Source of the DNA: Candidatus Scatosoma sp.
GTDB taxonomy: Bacteria > Bacillota > Clostridia > Christensenellales > Borkfalkiaceae
Assembly: GCA_045124465.1 (NCBI GenBank)
Contig: JBGVLV010000019.1
Coordinates: 1,054-65,053, forward strand
DNA: 64,000 bases
Direction of reading: 5' to 3'
Shown here: piece by piece, positions 46,798-57,752 of the stretch
How the letters are laid out: each line of letters starts with the position of its first letter
Numbering within the stretch: the first letter of the stretch is position 1
Made by a program: the position numbers and the translations under genes
Notes under the pieces: model-generated
What the model was told of the DNA's origin: nothing
What the model saw: the letters and a program-made list of their open reading frames with translations, nothing else
The model's database searches: none

Positions 46798-48456
46798 ATG
46801 ATCAAAGATACGATTGTCAACGGATTTCAGAACGCGCCGCATAGATCGCTCTATCACGCGTTGGGACTGACGGAAGAGGAACAGGCTCGCCCGCTTATCG
46901 GCGTCGTCTGTTCGTATAACGAGATCGTGCCGGGACATATGAATCTCGACAAGATCGCGCAAGCGGTAAAACTCGGCGTGGCGATGGCGGGCGGTACGCC
47001 CATCATGTTCCCCGCGATCACCGTTTGCGACGGTATCGCCATGGGGCATACGGGTATGAAATATTCCCTCGTCACCCGCGATCTTATCGCCGACTCCACG
47101 GAGGCGATGGTGCGGGCGCACGGGTTCGACGGGTTGGTGATGATCCCCAACTGCGACAAGAACGTTCCCGGACTTTTGATGGCGGCGGCAAGACTGAATA
47201 TCCCCACCGTATTCGTCAGCGGCGGACCTATGCTCGCGGGCAGAGTGGGCGGCAAGAAACGTTCCCTTTCGAGTATGTTCGAGGCGGTCGGCGCGTACAC
47301 GGCGGGCAAGATCGACGAGGCGGGCTTGACCGAATTCGAAAAGAAGGTCTGCCCCACCTGCGGTTCGTGTTCGGGTATGTACACCGCGAATTCGATGAAC
47401 TGTCTGACCGAGGTACTCGGTATGGGCTTGCAGGGCAACGGCACGATCCCCGCGGTATATTCCGCGCGTATCGAGCTTGCCAAGCACGCGGGTATGCAGG
47501 TGATGGAGCTTATCAAGAAGAATATCCGTCCCCGCGATATTATGACGGCGGCGGCGATCAGAAACGCAGTCACCGCGGACATGGCGCTCGGCTGTTCGAC
47601 GAACAGTATGTTGCATTTGCCCGCGATCGCGAACGAGTGCGGCGTGCCTTTCGATCTCGACGAGGTGAACAGGATCAGCGAAAAGACCCCCAACCTTTGC
47701 CACCTTGCGCCCGCAGGTCCTACGTATATGGAAGATCTCAACGAGGCGGGCGGCGTGTACGCCGTTTTGAAAGAACTCGACAAACTCGGTCTGCTCGATA
47801 CGGGCGTGATGACCTGCACGGGCAAGACGTTGGGCGAGAATATCGCGGCGGCGCAGAACACGGACGAAACGGTCATTCGTACGCCCGAAAACCCGTTTGG
47901 CAAAACGGGCGGTATCGCGGTGCTTAAAGGCAATCTCGCGCCCGACGGGTGCGTGGTCAAGCGGGCGGCGGTCGCGCCGGAAATGCTAGTGCACGAAGGT
48001 CCCGCCAAAGTCTACGAGAGCGAGGAAGAGGCGATCGCCGCGATCTACGCGGGCAAGATCGTCAAGGGCGACGTAGTCGTGATCCGTTACGAAGGACCTT
48101 CGGGCGGACCGGGTATGCGCGAAATGCTTTCGCCGACCTCCGCGATCGCGGGTATGGGGCTTGACAAGGACGTGGCGCTCATCACCGACGGTCGGTTCTC
48201 GGGCGCGACGCGCGGGGCGTCGATCGGTCACGTTTCCCCCGAGGCGGTATCGGGCGGCGCGATCGCGTACGTAAAGGACGGAGATATTATTTCCATCGAT
48301 ATACCGAATTACAGCATTACCCTGCATGTGTCCGACGAAGAGCTTGCAAAGCGCAAGAAAGAAATGCCCATAAAGCGCAAGGAAGTGAGCGGGTATTTGA
48401 AGAGATACGCGGCGCAGGTAAGCTCCGCGGACAAAGGCGCGATCATCAATAAGTAA
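46798..48456 (+). CDS. ilvD: Dihydroxy-acid dehydratase (twin)
   Basis: Exact reverse-complement twin of 20239..21897. The ATG is at 46798, after SD AAAGGA. Confidence 0.95.
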   Translation: MIKDTIVNGFQNAPHRSLYHALGLTEEEQARPLIGVVCSYNEIVPGHMNLDKIAQAVKLGVAMAGGTPIMFPAITVCDGIAMGHTGMKYSLVTRDLIADSTEAMVRAHGFDGLVMIPNCDKNVPGLLMAAARLNIPTVFVSGGPMLAGRVGGKKRSLSSMFEAVGAYTAGKIDEAGLTEFEKKVCPTCGSCSGMYTANSMNCLTEVLGMGLQGNGTIPAVYSARIELAKHAGMQVMELIKKNIRPRDIMTAAAIRNAVTADMALGCSTNSMLHLPAIANECGVPFDLDEVNRISEKTPNLCHLAPAGPTYMEDLNEAGGVYAVLKELDKLGLLDTGVMTCTGKTLGENIAAAQNTDETVIRTPENPFGKTGGIAVLKGNLAPDGCVVKRAAVAPEMLVHEGPAKVYESEEEAIAAIYAGKIVKGDVVVIRYEGPSGGPGMREMLSPTSAIAGMGLDKDVALITDGRFSGATRGASIGHVSPEAVSGGAIAYVKDGDIISIDIPNYSITLHVSDEELAKRKKEMPIKRKEVSGYLKRYAAQVSSADKGAIINK

Positions 48457-48474
48457 AAAAGGAACGGCAAAACT

Positions 48475-49734
48475 ATGTCAATGACAATGACGCAAAAAAT
48501 TCTCGCGGCGCACGCGGGACTGGAAAAGGTCGAGGCGGGTCAGCTCATCTTGGTGAACGTGGATCGGGTACTCGGCAACGATATCACTTCGCCCGTAGCC
48601 ATTCGCGAGTTCGACCGTATCGGCGCGAAGGACGTTTTCGACAAAGAAAAGGTGACGATGGTCATGGACCATTTCGCGCCCAACAAGGACATCAAGGCGG
48701 CGGTGCAATGCAAAATGTGCCGCGACTTTTGCGACAAATACGAAGTGACCAACTTCTACGACGTGGGCAGAATGGGTATCGAACACGCTCTGCTCCCCGA
48801 AAAGGGCTTGGTCGTACCCGGGGACGTCGTCATCGGCGCGGACTCGCACACCTGCACCTACGGTGCGCTCGGCGCGTTCTCGACGGGCGTGGGTTCGACG
48901 GATATGGCTTGCGGTATGGCGACGGGCAAGGCTTGGTTCAAAGTGCCTTCCGCGATCAAATTCGTCTTGAAAGGAAAACTCAACAAATACGTGTCGGGCA
49001 AGGACGTCATCTTGCATATCATCGGCAAGATCGGTGTGGACGGCGCGTTGTATAAATCGATGGAATTCGTCGGCGAGGGCGTGCGATCGCTCACCGTATA
49101 CGACCGTCTGACCATTTCGAATATGGCGATCGAGGCGGGCGCGAAGAACGGTATTTTCGAGGTGGACGAACAGACGGAGGCGTACGTGAAAGAACGCTCC
49201 GACCGTCCGTTTACCGCCTACAAAGCGGACGAGGACGCGGTCTACGACGAAACGTACGAGATCGACCTTGGCTCGATCCGTTCGACGGTCGCGTTCCCGC
49301 ACCTGCCCGAAAACACGAAAACGTTCGACGAGATCGGCGATATTGCGATCGATCAGGTCGTCATCGGTTCGTGTACCAACGGTCACTATAAAGACCTCGC
49401 GGAGGCGGCGGAGATCTTGAAGGGCAGAAAGGTGGCGAAACGCGTGCGCGCGATCGTCATTCCCGCTACGCAGGATATTTATCTCAAAGCGATGGAAAAC
49501 GGGCTTTTGAAGATATTCATCGAGGCGGGCTGCGTCGTTTCCACGCCCACTTGCGGACCTTGTCTCGGCGGGTACATGGGTATCCTCGCGGCGGGTGAAC
49601 GCGCGGTCGCGACGACGAACCGCAACTTCGTCGGGCGCATGGGCGACGTGAAATCGGAAGTGTATCTTTCGTCGCCTGCGGTAGCGGCGGCGAGCGCGGT
49701 CGCGGGAAAGATCGCCGACCCGAACAAACTTTAA
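48475..49734 (+). CDS. leuC: 3-isopropylmalate dehydratase large subunit (twin)
   Basis: Exact reverse-complement twin of 18961..20220. Confidence 0.95.
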   Translation: MSMTMTQKILAAHAGLEKVEAGQLILVNVDRVLGNDITSPVAIREFDRIGAKDVFDKEKVTMVMDHFAPNKDIKAAVQCKMCRDFCDKYEVTNFYDVGRMGIEHALLPEKGLVVPGDVVIGADSHTCTYGALGAFSTGVGSTDMACGMATGKAWFKVPSAIKFVLKGKLNKYVSGKDVILHIIGKIGVDGALYKSMEFVGEGVRSLTVYDRLTISNMAIEAGAKNGIFEVDEQTEAYVKERSDRPFTAYKADEDAVYDETYEIDLGSIRSTVAFPHLPENTKTFDEIGDIAIDQVVIGSCTNGHYKDLAEAAEILKGRKVAKRVRAIVIPATQDIYLKAMENGLLKIFIEAGCVVSTPTCGPCLGGYMGILAAGERAVATTNRNFVGRMGDVKSEVYLSSPAVAAASAVAGKIADPNKL

Positions 49735-49749
49735 AAAAGGAACAAAGGT

Positions 49750-50244
49750 ATGATTTTTAACGGAAAAGCCATCAAATACGGCGACAACGTAGACACGGAC
49801 GTCATCATTCCCGCGCGGTATCTCAACACCATCGACAAAAAGGAGCTTGCCTCCCATTGTATGGAGGATATCGACAAGGAGTTCAAAAACAAGGTGCAGA
49901 GCGGGGATATTATGGTCGCGGGGAACAACTTCGGTTGCGGCTCGTCGCGCGAACACGCGCCCATCGCGATCAAGGAAAGCGGGATCTCCGTCGTCATCGC
50001 GAGAAGTTTCGCGCGTATCTTCTATCGGAACTCTATCAATATCGGTCTTGCCATCGTCGAATGTGACGAGGCGGTGGACGGTATCTCGGACGGGGATATC
50101 GTCGAGGCGAATTTGGACGAAGGCGTGATCGTCAACAAGACCACGGGCAAAACGTTCAAGACCCAGCCCTTCCCCGCGTTTATTCAGAAGATCATCGAGA
50201 ACGGGGGGCTGGTGCAGTCTATCCAGAATGGAAACATAAAATAA
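49750..50244 (+). CDS. leuD: 3-isopropylmalate dehydratase small subunit (twin)
   Basis: Exact reverse-complement twin of 18451..18945. Confidence 0.93.
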   Translation: MIFNGKAIKYGDNVDTDVIIPARYLNTIDKKELASHCMEDIDKEFKNKVQSGDIMVAGNNFGCGSSREHAPIAIKESGISVVIARSFARIFYRNSINIGLAIVECDEAVDGISDGDIVEANLDEGVIVNKTTGKTFKTQPFPAFIQKIIENGGLVQSIQNGNIK

Positions 50245-50249
50245 AAGCT

Positions 50250-51320
50250 ATGAAAAATTATAAAATCGGATTATTACGCGGGGACGGTATCGGCCCCGAG
50301 ATCGTGGACAGCGCGGTGCGCGTACTGAAAGCGGTCGGAGAAAAATACGGGATAGGGTTTACGTTTACGCCCTATCTGATCGGCGGCGCGGCAATAGACG
50401 CTTGCGGCAAACCCCTGCCCGAAGAAACGGTGCGGGGCTGTCTTGCGAGCGACAGCGTTCTGCTCGGCGCGGTGGGCGGTCCGAAATGGGATACGCTGCC
50501 CGGCGAGTTGCGCCCCGAAAAGGCGCTCTTGGGTATTCGCGCGGCGATGGGGCTGTTCACCAACCTCCGTCCCGCGAAACTTTATCCCGCGCTCAAAGGC
50601 GAATGTCCGCTCCGCGCGGATATCGTCGAAAACGGGTTCGATATTATGATCGTCCGCGAACTGACGGGCGGTATCTATTTCGGCGAGCGGGGGTATCGCG
50701 AGGGCAAGTACGGCGAAGAGGCGTACGATACGGAGGCGTATAGCCGTATGGAGATAGAACGTATCGCGCGCGTGGCGTTCGAAACGGCGAGAAAACGCCG
50801 TAAAAAGCTCACGAGTATCGACAAGGCGAACGTGCTCGAAACCTCCCGTCTTTGGAGAAAGGTCGTACACGAGATCGCGGCGGAATATCCCGACGTGGAA
50901 GTGAGCGATATGCTCGTGGATAACGCGGCGATGCAGCTCGTGCGGAACCCCTCGCAATTCGACGTGATCGTGACGAGCAATATGTTCGGCGATATTCTCT
51001 CCGACGAGGCGTCGCAGATCACGGGTTCGATCGGTATGCTGCCGTCGGCGTCGCTGTCGGACAATACCCGCGGTTTGTACGAGCCTATCCACGGCTCCGC
51101 GCCCGATATTGCGGGACAGAACAAGGCGAACCCGATCGCGACCGTGCTTTCGGCGGCGATGATGCTCTTGTACGCGTTCGACGAGGTCGAGGCGTCGGAG
51201 GCGATCGTTTCGGCGGTGGACAAAGTTCTGAACGCGGGTTACCGTACGGCGGACTTGTCGCGCGGCGGCGCGGCGCTGTCCACGGCGGAAATGACGGACA
51301 AGATCGTGGAAAATCTTTGA
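50250..51320 (+). CDS. leuB: 3-isopropylmalate dehydrogenase (twin)
   Basis: Exact reverse-complement twin of 17375..18445. Confidence 0.95.
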   Translation: MKNYKIGLLRGDGIGPEIVDSAVRVLKAVGEKYGIGFTFTPYLIGGAAIDACGKPLPEETVRGCLASDSVLLGAVGGPKWDTLPGELRPEKALLGIRAAMGLFTNLRPAKLYPALKGECPLRADIVENGFDIMIVRELTGGIYFGERGYREGKYGEEAYDTEAYSRMEIERIARVAFETARKRRKKLTSIDKANVLETSRLWRKVVHEIAAEYPDVEVSDMLVDNAAMQLVRNPSQFDVIVTSNMFGDILSDEASQITGSIGMLPSASLSDNTRGLYEPIHGSAPDIAGQNKANPIATVLSAAMMLLYAFDEVEASEAIVSAVDKVLNAGYRTADLSRGGAALSTAEMTDKIVENL

Positions 51321-51339
51321 AGGTGACGAGGCGAGCGGT

Positions 51340-52521
51340 ATGAACGAAAGCAAGTTGCGGAAAATTTACGACGCGCTGGAACTGACGAGCGTCTTTTTCG
51401 GCGTGATGGAAAAACCGTTGTTTTCCGCGTTCGTCGCCTATTGCAAGGCGGAAGAAACGGACAAGCGCGGCGCGTACGCGGCGTTCGTCGCGAACGTTTA
51501 CGAGGGCGGCGGCTCGCTGACCAAGCTCGTGCTGCGTTTGCTCTCCGAGGACGAGAACGTATACGTAAAGAGCGCGGCGCGCGGGGAGAAACTGCCCGCG
51601 TGTATCGAACGTTCGGCGAAACGGGAACTCGATAACTTCTCCGCGTTCGCGGCGCTCACCTGCGCCGATTTCGCGGCGGATATGGGCGCGGCGGAAAGCG
51701 AACTGCCCGCGTTCGATTCGCAAGTTCTCGATATGGGCGCGGCGTATCGGAAACGTTTGCGCGGGATAGAAAAATACGGCTACGGGATCTTCTCTTCGCG
51801 GGGTATGTTCCGACTCTCCGACGAGAAAGAGATAGAACCCATCGTCAGCGCCGACAAGATCGGTATGGACGATTTCATCGGCTACGAGGAAGAACGCGGT
51901 CAGGTCGTGGCGAACACGCGCGCGTTCGTGGAGGGCAGACCCGCCGCGAACGTCCTGCTTTGCGGGGACGCGGGTACGGGCAAGTCCTCGACGGTGAAAG
52001 CGGTCGCGAACGCCTTTTTCGACGAGGGCGTGCGGCTGATCGAACTTCGGAAAGACCAGCTCCGCTATCTGCCGTACGTCATGGGCAAGATCAGCGGCAA
52101 TCCGCTCAAATTCATCATCTTTATAGACGATCTCGCGTTCAATAAGAGCGACGATAATTTCAGTATGCTCAAAGCCGCGCTGGAAGGCTCGGCGAGCGCG
52201 AAAGCGGCGAACGCGGTCATCTACGCGACGAGCAACCGTCGGCACATCATCAAGGAAAGCTTTTCCGACCGCGACGGCGACGACGTACACAGAAACGACT
52301 CCCTGCAAGAAACGCTCTCCCTTTCCGAACGGTTCGGGCTGGTCGTACTGTTCTCCAAGCCGAATAAAGATCTGTATTTGGAGATCGTGCGCGAGCTTGC
52401 CAAAAAGCACGGCTTGCAGACGGACGGAAAGGAACTCGAAGTCAAGGCGGAGGCGTTCGCTTTGAGAAAGGGCAACCGTTCGGCGCGGTGCGCGGAACAG
52501 TTCATCGACAGTTTGTTGTAA
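51340..52521 (+). CDS. DUF815-type AAA ATPase (twin)
   Basis: Exact reverse-complement twin of 16174..17355. Confidence 0.75.
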   Translation: MNESKLRKIYDALELTSVFFGVMEKPLFSAFVAYCKAEETDKRGAYAAFVANVYEGGGSLTKLVLRLLSEDENVYVKSAARGEKLPACIERSAKRELDNFSAFAALTCADFAADMGAAESELPAFDSQVLDMGAAYRKRLRGIEKYGYGIFSSRGMFRLSDEKEIEPIVSADKIGMDDFIGYEEERGQVVANTRAFVEGRPAANVLLCGDAGTGKSSTVKAVANAFFDEGVRLIELRKDQLRYLPYVMGKISGNPLKFIIFIDDLAFNKSDDNFSMLKAALEGSASAKAANAVIYATSNRRHIIKESFSDRDGDDVHRNDSLQETLSLSERFGLVVLFSKPNKDLYLEIVRELAKKHGLQTDGKELEVKAEAFALRKGNRSARCAEQFIDSLL

Positions 52522-52568
52522 ACGGGCATACCAAGTATGCGACGAATGTAATAAAGAGGTAAAAAAAT

Positions 52569-53762
52569 ATGTTGACGATCGACAACGTTTACAGAGCGAG
52601 CAACGCGCTCAAAGGCGTGATACGGAAAACGGACGTGATCTATGCGCCCAAGCTTTGTCCGGGCGCGGATCTGTATTTGAAAACGGAGAACCTGCAAGTC
52701 ACGGGTTCGTTCAAGGTACGCGGCGCGTACTATAAGATGACCCGCCTTTCCGACGAGGAAAAGGCGCGCGGCGTCATCGCCTGTTCGGCGGGCAACCACG
52801 CGCAGGGCGTTGCGCTGGCGGCAAAAAAGAACGGCATAAAAGCCGTCATCTGTCTGCCCGACGGCGCGCCCATCTCCAAGGTCGAGGCGACCAAGAGCTA
52901 CGGCGCGGAAGTGTGTCTGGTCGAGGGCGTTTACGACGACGCGTATAACCGCGCGTTACAGCTCCGCGACGAGAAAGGGTACACCTTTATCCACCCCTTC
53001 GACGACGAGGACGTCATCGCGGGTCAAGGCACGATCGCGCTCGAACTCGTCGAGCAGATCTCCGATCTGGACGCGGTGCTCGTACCCATCGGCGGCGGCG
53101 GACTGATCTCGGGGATCGCGTACACGATCAAGACCATAAACCCGAAGATCAAGGTTTACGGCGTACAGGCGGCGGGCGCGCCGTCGATGAAGAATTCGGT
53201 CGCGGACGGGAAGATAGAGGAACTGCCTTCCGTATCCACGATCGCGGACGGTATCGCGGTGAAAAAGCCGGGCGAGAACACGTACGAACTTTGTCAAAAG
53301 TACGTGGACGAGATCGTTACGGTGTCCGACGACGAGATCTCGGCGGCGATCCTCGCGCTTATGGAACAGCATAAACTCGTCACCGAAGGCGCGGGCGCGG
53401 TGTCCGTGGCGGCGGCGATGTTCAGCAAGGTCGATCTCAAAGGCAAGAAAGCGGTGTGCGTGCTTTCGGGCGGCAATATCGACGTGACCATTCTTTCCCG
53501 CGTCATCAAGCGCGGACTTCTGATGTCGGGCAGAAATTGCCAGCTTATGATCGAGCTTATGGACAAACCCGGTCAGCTCAAAAACGTGTCCCGTATCATC
53601 GCCGACCTCGGCGGCAACGTCACTTCCGTACACCACGAGCGCGCGAACGAGGGGTCGGACGTCAACGGCTGTTATTTGCGTATCATTCTCGAAACGCGTA
53701 ACTTCGAGCATATCGCGCAGATCAAGAAAGCGTTGACCGATTTCGGTTTTAAATTGTTATAA
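52569..53762 (+). CDS. ilvA: Threonine ammonia-lyase (twin)
   Basis: Exact reverse-complement twin of 14933..16126. Confidence 0.93.
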   Translation: MLTIDNVYRASNALKGVIRKTDVIYAPKLCPGADLYLKTENLQVTGSFKVRGAYYKMTRLSDEEKARGVIACSAGNHAQGVALAAKKNGIKAVICLPDGAPISKVEATKSYGAEVCLVEGVYDDAYNRALQLRDEKGYTFIHPFDDEDVIAGQGTIALELVEQISDLDAVLVPIGGGGLISGIAYTIKTINPKIKVYGVQAAGAPSMKNSVADGKIEELPSVSTIADGIAVKKPGENTYELCQKYVDEIVTVSDDEISAAILALMEQHKLVTEGAGAVSVAAAMFSKVDLKGKKAVCVLSGGNIDVTILSRVIKRGLLMSGRNCQLMIELMDKPGQLKNVSRIIADLGGNVTSVHHERANEGSDVNGCYLRIILETRNFEHIAQIKKALTDFGFKLL

Positions 53763-53775
53763 GGAGAATTATCGT

Positions 53776-54153
53776 ATGCAACTGAAAAAAGTATCGACGG
53801 AAAAAGCTCCCGCGGCGATCGGTCCGTATTCGCAGGCGATCGTGTGCGGGGAACTGGTGTTCACTTCGGGGCAGATCCCCATTAACCCCGCGACGGGCAA
53901 CGTGGAAACGGCGACGATCGCGGAACAGACCGAACAGGTGATGAAAAACCTCGGCGAAGTTTTGAGCGCGGCGGGCAGTTCGTTCGAAAAGGCGGTCAAG
54001 ACCACCTGTTTCCTCGCCGACATCGGCGATTTCGCGGCGTTCAACGAAGTATACGCGAAGTATTTCACGACCAAACCCGCGCGCAGCTGCGTTGCGGTGA
54101 AAGACCTTCCCAAGGGCGTAAAAGTGGAAGTGGAAGTCGTCGCCGCGCTTTGA
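53776..54153 (+). CDS. ridA: RidA family deaminase (twin)
   Basis: Exact reverse-complement twin of 14542..14919. Confidence 0.9.
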   Translation: MQLKKVSTEKAPAAIGPYSQAIVCGELVFTSGQIPINPATGNVETATIAEQTEQVMKNLGEVLSAAGSSFEKAVKTTCFLADIGDFAAFNEVYAKYFTTKPARSCVAVKDLPKGVKVEVEVVAAL

Positions 54154-54227
54154 GATAAAAAGAATACAAGAAGGGCAGGTATGCGTTGAATGAACGCATA
54201 CCTGCCCCTTTCGTTTTCCGTACGTTT

Positions 54228-55022
54228 TTATTTTTTGAGTTCGAGCGTGCGTTTGTACGCCGCCGTCACCGCGTCCATCGCCGCCGAACGGAATCCCGCC
54301 TTTTCGAGCGCGTGCATACCCGCGATGGTCGTGCCGCCGGGGGAGCATACCGCGTCTTTGAGATCGCTCGGGTGTCCGTATTCGAGCAACATTTTCGCCG
54401 AGCCGAGCAAGGTCTGGGCGGCGTATTTCGCCGCCTTGTCGCGGGGTACGCCGCATTCCACCGCGCCGTCCGCGAGCGCCTCCGCGAACGCGTAGACGAA
54501 CGCCGGTCCGCAACCGGACAACGCGCTTGCCGCGTCGATCTTGTCCTCTGGCAGTTTATCGAGCGCGCCCGCCTTTGAAAAACAGTCGAGGAAGGCTTTC
54601 TCGTCGGAGTCGGAAACGTCCGCGCAGTCGTATAAGATCATACCTTCTCCCACGAGCGCGGCGGTGTTGGGCATAATGCGGATCACGGGCAGTTCCGCGC
54701 CGATAAAACGGCGTATCGCCGCGATCGAAACGCCCGCCGCCATCGTGACAACGACGTTCTTTTGCGCTTTCAGCACGTCCGAAAGGGGGGCGAGGGTCTG
54801 TTCCATCGTCTGCGGTTTCACGCCGAGAACGACGAATTTACAGGCTTTGACAAGCTCCGCAGAGGGGAGAACGGCAGCGCCCGTTTCGCTCGCGAGCGTT
54901 TGCGCCTTTTCTTCGCAATAGTCGTTGACCGCGATATTCTCGCCGCCGACCGCTTTCGCCGCCGCGCGGGCGAGCGCGCCGCCCATATTGCCGCAACCGA
55001 TAAAACCGAGTATGTAGTTCAT
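54228..55022 (-). CDS. proC: Pyrroline-5-carboxylate reductase (twin)
   Basis: Exact reverse-complement twin of 13673..14467. Confidence 0.95.
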   Translation of the reverse strand: MNYILGFIGCGNMGGALARAAAKAVGGENIAVNDYCEEKAQTLASETGAAVLPSAELVKACKFVVLGVKPQTMEQTLAPLSDVLKAQKNVVVTMAAGVSIAAIRRFIGAELPVIRIMPNTAALVGEGMILYDCADVSDSDEKAFLDCFSKAGALDKLPEDKIDAASALSGCGPAFVYAFAEALADGAVECGVPRDKAAKYAAQTLLGSAKMLLEYGHPSDLKDAVCSPGGTTIAGMHALEKAGFRSAAMDAVTAAYKRTLELKK

Positions 55023-55034
55023 AGTGTTTTCTCC

Positions 55035-56300
55035 TTATTTTCGTATCTGTCCGTTACCGCGGATCACGTATTTGTAGGAAGTAAGTTCCTCCAAGCCCAT
55101 CGGTCCGCGCGCGTGGAGTTTTTGGGTGGAAATACCGATCTCGCAACCCTTGCCGAACTCGCCGCCGTCGGTGAAACGGGTGGAGGCGTTGATATAGACC
55201 GCCGCGCTGTCCACCGCGAGCGCGAATTTGTCCGCCGTTTCCGTATTCCTCGTCACGATACAGTCGCTATGCCCCGTCGAGTGCCGCGCGATATGCGCGA
55301 TCGCCTCGTCCGCGTCCGATACGACCTTGACGGCGAGGATATAGTCGAGGAACTCGGTGTCGAAATCGTTTTCGCCCGCTTTCGTACCGCCGATGAGCGC
55401 GTACGCATTCCCGTCCGTCCGAAGTTCCACGGGAACAAGCCCCGCCGCGATACGGCTGTCCACGAGCCGCGCTTTCAACAGGGGCAGGAATTTTTCCGCG
55501 ACCGCCTCGTGTACAAGACAGACCTCTTCGGCGTTGCACACGGAAGGGCGGGAGGTCTTGGCGTTGTCGATGATGTCGAGCGCCTTGGAAAAGTCCGCGT
55601 CCTTATCCACGTATACGTGGCAGATGCCCGTTCCCGTTTGTATACAGGGAACTTTCGCGTTCTCCACGCACGAGCGGATAAGCCCCGCGCCGCCGCGGGG
55701 AATGAGCGCGTCCACGTACCCGACCGCGGCCATCAGCTCGTTCGCGCTCCGTCGGGAAGTATCGTCGGGCAGGTTGACGAAATTTTCGTTCACGCCCGCC
55801 GCTTTGAGCGCGCCGCGGAGCAGCCGCACGATCGCCGCGGAGGAGTGGTAAGCGTCCTTGCCGCCGCGCAGGATACATACGTTCCCGCTCTTGAAACAGA
55901 GCGCCGCCGCGTCCGAGGTGACGTTGGGTCGGCTCTCGTAAATGATACCGATCACGCCGAGCGGCACGCGTATTTTGGAAACGGACAGCCCGTTTTTGAG
56001 CGCGTTCCGTTCGAGTACGGCCCCGACGGGATCGGGCAGAGCCGCGACCTCGCGGATCCCTTTCGCCATAGCCGAAATACGGTTCTCGTCCAGACGGAGC
56101 CGATCGAGCATTACTTCGGGCAGAACGCCTTTGGCGTTTTCGAGATCGGCGAGGTTTGCCTGCAAGATCTCCGCCGCACCCCGTTCGAGCGCGTCCGCCA
56201 TCAGGAGCAGAGCCTCGTTCTTTCGGCTTTCGGTGAGCAGAGCCGCCTCCCGCGACGCCGCTTTCGCCGCCGTTAAAATTTCTTGCGTCGTTCGGATCAT
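55035..56300 (-). CDS. proA: Glutamate-5-semialdehyde dehydrogenase (twin)
   Basis: Exact reverse-complement twin of 12395..13660. Confidence 0.95.
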   Translation of the reverse strand: MIRTTQEILTAAKAASREAALLTESRKNEALLLMADALERGAAEILQANLADLENAKGVLPEVMLDRLRLDENRISAMAKGIREVAALPDPVGAVLERNALKNGLSVSKIRVPLGVIGIIYESRPNVTSDAAALCFKSGNVCILRGGKDAYHSSAAIVRLLRGALKAAGVNENFVNLPDDTSRRSANELMAAVGYVDALIPRGGAGLIRSCVENAKVPCIQTGTGICHVYVDKDADFSKALDIIDNAKTSRPSVCNAEEVCLVHEAVAEKFLPLLKARLVDSRIAAGLVPVELRTDGNAYALIGGTKAGENDFDTEFLDYILAVKVVSDADEAIAHIARHSTGHSDCIVTRNTETADKFALAVDSAAVYINASTRFTDGGEFGKGCEIGISTQKLHARGPMGLEELTSYKYVIRGNGQIRK

Positions 56301-56319
56301 ATCTTACCTCCCGTCGGGA

Positions 56320-57099
56320 TCATTTTGCGAAAAACCGCGTGTAGCCGCCTTTCTTGCCTGTTACGATGTCGTATAAAAGTTCGGGGTCTTCGCCGTTCGC
56401 GATGACCATGTCGCAACCCGCCGCACCGCATAATTGCGCCGCTTTGAGCTTGGTTTTCATACCGCCCGTGCCGAGTGCCGAACCCGCGCCGCCCGCGAGC
56501 GCGAGCGTTTCTTCCGATACTCCGCGCACTTCCTCGATGAGTTTCGCGTTCCCGTCTTTATGCGGGTCGGCGGAATACAGACCGTCCACGTCCGACAAGA
56601 TGACGAGAAGATCCGCTTTCACGCTCACCGCCACCAAAGCGGAGAGGGTGTCGTTGTCGCCGACCTTGATCTCTTCCGTCGCGATGGTGTCGTTCTCGTT
56701 GACGACGGGCAATGCGCCCAGCTCCAAGAGCCGTTTGATGGTGTTGTTGAAATTCTCGTGCCTGTCGTCCGCCGTGAAATCCGAACCCGTGAGCAGGATT
56801 TGCGCGACGGTGTGACCGTATTCGGCGAACAACCGATCGTACGTGTACATCAGTTCGCATTGACCGACCGCCGCCGCCGCCTGTTTGGTGGGAATATCGG
56901 CGGGCCGTTCTTTGAGCGCGAGTTTGCCCACGCCCATGCCGATCGCGCCCGAGGATACGAGTACGACCTCGTTGCCCGCGTTTTTCAGATCGCTTATCAC
57001 GCGGCACAGCTCGCCCGTAAGCCGGATATTCAAGCGCCCCGTCGCGTGCGCCAACGTGGAAGTGCCCACTTTTATGACTAATCTCATATTCGTTTCCAT
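56320..57099 (-). CDS. proB: Glutamate 5-kinase (twin)
   Basis: Exact reverse-complement twin of 11596..12375. Confidence 0.9.
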   Translation of the reverse strand: METNMRLVIKVGTSTLAHATGRLNIRLTGELCRVISDLKNAGNEVVLVSSGAIGMGVGKLALKERPADIPTKQAAAAVGQCELMYTYDRLFAEYGHTVAQILLTGSDFTADDRHENFNNTIKRLLELGALPVVNENDTIATEEIKVGDNDTLSALVAVSVKADLLVILSDVDGLYSADPHKDGNAKLIEEVRGVSEETLALAGGAGSALGTGGMKTKLKAAQLCGAAGCDMVIANGEDPELLYDIVTGKKGGYTRFFAK

Positions 57100-57221
57100 T
57101 CCTTTTCCCGATACAAGACCGCGGAATAAAAGATTTTCTCGATGGTTATTTATTATATAGTATAACGTATAAAGTCGGGTTTGTCAAGCGCGGACGGGCA
57201 CGAAAACGCGGGAAAATCGCG

Positions 57222-57515
57222 TTAAGCTTTCCTTTTGAGCGGTTGACGGGACAAAAGATAGGTCATAATAAGGGAAAGGTCGCGTTCGTTCTTCTCGTCG
57301 AGTACGCGGAAGTCGCGGAATTTCAGCGGTTCTTCCACGCGTTCGCCGTCCGCAAGCTCGAACTCGCCGTACATCGGTCTGCCCAGACCCGTATACGAAT
57401 AGGTGAGCGTTCCCAAGCTACCCGTGGGCAGACCTTTGGAAAGGTGGGCGTCGTTGGTGAGGACGATGAGATCGAATTCCTCCGCAAGACGGTTGTCGGT
57501 GTATTTGTTTTTCAT
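57222..57515 (-). CDS. Hypothetical small protein, 97 aa (twin)
   Basis: Exact reverse-complement twin of 11180..11473. Confidence 0.6.
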   Translation of the reverse strand: MKNKYTDNRLAEEFDLIVLTNDAHLSKGLPTGSLGTLTYSYTGLGRPMYGEFELADGERVEEPLKFRDFRVLDEKNERDLSLIMTYLLSRQPLKRKA

Positions 57516-57752
57516 AGAAGTTCCTCCTGTTTTTGGGTAAGTAGCGCAAATAGTTTATCACGCTTTCGGAAAATTACAAGAGGGGACTGCCACCTTTTTT
57601 TGAATTATTCGAAAAATTTTTCAAAAAACTGTTTACAATCGATTTTTTTTATGGTATAATGTATTTGGTGGAAATAGGGGATTTTCAGATTTTCCAAATT
57701 TCGCCAAAGCAAATTCAAGAGAAAAAATAATAACATTTTAAGGAGATAAACT

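Noticed and set aside
57680-57694. A CodY-box-like GATTTTCAGATTTTC in the pck leader, with its twin at 11001-11015.
   Set aside because: Only about 10 of 15 positions match AATTTTCWGAAAATT. It is really a direct repeat of GATTTTC, not the dyad that CodY recognises.
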